Below the pieces are notes generated by a model. It saw nothing but the letters and a program-made list of their open reading frames with translations, did no database searches and was not told where the DNA came from. Positions 62,468-64,000 of a DNA stretch of 64,000 bases are shown one piece after another. The DNA comes from Verrucomicrobiales bacterium (GTDB taxonomy: Bacteria; Verrucomicrobiota; Verrucomicrobiia; Limisphaerales; CAIMTB01): the NCBI GenBank assembly GCA_016795425.1, contig JAEUHG010000064.1, positions 119 to 64,118 of the forward strand, read 5' to 3'. How positions within the stretch are numbered: the first letter of the stretch is position 1; the number at the start of each line of letters is the position of its first letter. The position numbers and the translations under genes were made by a program.

Positions 62468-63439
62468 CTAAAAGGTCCGGCCGAAACCCACCTGCACGTA
62501 CGGCGCCCCATCGCCGTTCAGCAAGACACCGGCCTCATGGAAATGATACCGGCGATCCACCGTCCATCCCACGGAGGCCTCCGCCAGGTATCGTTCGCCC
62601 ACACGAAATCGCGCGCCTCCACCCACCCGAATCTCCCTATAATCCACCGCCGCCCCGTCCAATCGCGGATCGCCGTGCCGCGCACCAAAGTCGTTGGCTA
62701 CTCCAAAGGTTCCGCCGTTGAGCGACGCCCCCAGAAAAACGGTCCATCGTTCGTCCGGCGAGAACTCGATCTGCGGTCGCGGAAGCCACAGAGCGAGGCC
62801 CCAACGCTCCGACCACCTCCAGGTCACTCCCAAACTTCCAACTACCGGTGATTCGCGCCGTGCATCGACCAGAACCTGCGCCCCGAGGGTCAGCCGTTCG
62901 CTCACCGTGTATGCCACCTCCAGGATCAATGGCGCGTTGACGTGATCCAGGTCCATCGCCGTGGGATCCCCATAGAGTCCAGGCAACACCTCCAAACGCA
63001 CCTGCCATCGATCGCTCCAGCGTCCGTGGAAACCCACCACCAGCGCGGCGGACTGCAGCGTGGACGGCAAAGCCGCCGCCTGGGGAACATCCATGGTCAG
63101 CAGCCGATAGTCGGCTCCCACCAACCACCGCCACGACGCTCCTGCCGGCAGGTCGACCACATAGCCCACATGCACGGCCAACGAATCCACGTCGCCCAAT
63201 TCACGGCCGCCTTGCGACAACGCCGAAGGCAGCGAGTAGGTGACATCCACGGGCGGCGCATTGCCGTGGCGGGTGTCGCTATAGACGGAGTCCTGTTCTG
63301 CCCCGGCCATCGCTGCCATGACCGAAGCAAGCCAACCCAGGATGCCGAGGCCTCCCTTCACCCGCCCAATTCGTCGAGATCCCCCCGCGCCGCCGCGGAG
63401 CCGACAGCCGGGCCCAATCGCAAGACAAGAAGGTCTCAT
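62468..63439 (-). CDS. Putative outer-membrane beta-barrel protein
   Basis: It has a signal-like N-terminus (GLGILGWLASVMAAMAGAEQ) and alternating hydrophobic beta-strand patterns with many G/Y/W/R. The C-terminus VQVGFGRTF ends in Phe, as in OMP beta-signals. I moved the start to ATG 63439, which overlaps the upstream gene's stop as ATGA. Confidence 0.6.
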   Translation of the reverse strand: MRPSCLAIGPGCRLRGGAGGSRRIGRVKGGLGILGWLASVMAAMAGAEQDSVYSDTRHGNAPPVDVTYSLPSALSQGGRELGDVDSLAVHVGYVVDLPAGASWRWLVGADYRLLTMDVPQAAALPSTLQSAALVVGFHGRWSDRWQVRLEVLPGLYGDPTAMDLDHVNAPLILEVAYTVSERLTLGAQVLVDARRESPVVGSLGVTWRWSERWGLALWLPRPQIEFSPDERWTVFLGASLNGGTFGVANDFGARHGDPRLDGAAVDYREIRVGGGARFRVGERYLAEASVGWTVDRRYHFHEAGVLLNGDGAPYVQVGFGRTF

Positions 63440-64000
63440 CGGTTCCTCACCCGAAAGAATGCCCAGGGTCGCTCTCCGAGCGGCACCACCACCTCCTGTA
63501 TGGCGGAGGTCGCCGACAAATTCGCCGCGGGTTGCCAATCCTGAAGATCCACGGACACTTCGAGGGTCGGCGACAACCCGCCCGCATCCTGGATCGCGAC
63601 CGCGAGTCTGGCGGCGTCGACGGTCCGTACCCCGACGATTTTTGGTGTGGGCGGCACTCGGCGTTGCACGAGGACCCGAGCCGGTTCGCTTGCCACGCGG
63701 CCGGCCGCGTTCATGACTTCCACGTGGTAGTGGCCTGAATCCTCGAGGGTCACGGGGGACAGTGAAAGCGTGGCTCCCATGACAGCAGGCAATTGAATCG
63801 CATCCCGAAACCAGGTGAACGCCAGCGGCTCGGTGCCTTCGACTCCCAGTGACAACTGGAGAGTGTCGCCTTCAGTCCATTGTCCCCCCGCCAGTGGTTG
63901 CGTGATCCGCGGCGCCACGATGGGCGGCGCTGCTTGTACGGCATCGATCACTGCCCGAAAGCGGTTCAGACTCTCGGAAAAATCGCGCTGCCCATAACCA
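63436..64000 (-). CDS. C-terminal part of a larger exported protein with an Ig-like (I-set type) domain; gene continues past the right edge
   Basis: PRITQPLAGGQWTEGDTLQLSLGVEGTEPLAFTWFRDAIQL...LSLSPVTLEDSGHYHVEVMNAAGRVASEPARVLV is an Ig-like module. My reading of the frame upstream of the track's GTG at 63951 (...GYGQRDFSESLNRFRA-VIDAV) has no stop up to base 64000. Confidence 0.65.
   Translation of the reverse strand, partial: GYGQRDFSESLNRFRAVIDAVQAAPPIVAPRITQPLAGGQWTEGDTLQLSLGVEGTEPLAFTWFRDAIQLPAVMGATLSLSPVTLEDSGHYHVEVMNAAGRVASEPARVLVQRRVPPTPKIVGVRTVDAARLAVAIQDAGGLSPTLEVSVDLQDWQPAANLSATSAIQEVVVPLGERPWAFFRVRNR

Noticed and set aside
1-64000. CRISPR arrays, tRNA/rRNA genes, IS elements and prophage or defence-system genes
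   Set aside because: I saw no short regularly spaced direct repeats and no cloverleaf-compatible ~75-nt segments in the few intergenic gaps. I also saw no transposase, integrase, restriction, Cas or toxin-antitoxin-like proteins among the translated ORFs. This is a by-eye negative result and should be confirmed with tRNAscan, CRISPR and defence-system finders.

Overview
This is a visibly GC-rich chromosomal segment; third codon positions are almost always G/C, so long antisense shadow ORFs are everywhere. The gene content is typical of the PVC superphylum, most likely Verrucomicrobiota. Supporting genes are two prepilin-type/H-X9-DG (DUF1559-like) proteins, a PSCyt-DUF1549-DUF1553 + DUF1501 pair, a PVC-type membrane-bound-dehydrogenase/CxxCH protein, a CotH/lamin-tail giant protein and a triple-DUF4394 protein. 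I support about 46 protein-coding genes, two of them truncated by the window edges. I recognised no rRNA, tRNA, CRISPR array, transposase, integrase or prophage genes. Coding density is very high, and many neighbours are translationally coupled through ATGA/GTGA overlaps. Four loci stand out. (1) An uninterrupted + strand gene array runs from 4322 to 21945. Phosphonate catabolism genes (phnW, phnA, a HemL-like aminotransferase, and 11.6 kb further on a PhnY-like aldehyde dehydrogenase) bracket nine coupled genes. These nine are a tandem ModA-like binding protein with permease and ATPase, a ThiF/MoeB-type E1-like enzyme, an exported protein with no recognisable domain, a MacB/FtsX-type ABC pair, and two PQQ-type beta-propeller proteins, one carrying LamG, FN3 and methyltransferase-like modules. 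I know of no described system with this composition, and it is my best candidate for something new. (2) A minus-strand membrane/redox operon (53237-60825) sits divergent from a MocR-type regulator. It encodes a TlpA-like thioredoxin, a GMC oxidoreductase, an exported VOC protein, an aquaporin with a Cys/His-rich tail, DoxX and a ferric-reductase::Rieske fusion. (3) A eukaryote-like Ras/Rab-type small GTPase lies divergent from a membrane adenylate cyclase. (4) A DTW-domain tRNA-modification enzyme is fused to a degenerate exonuclease-like domain. All functional calls rest on motif recognition by eye; no database search was possible.
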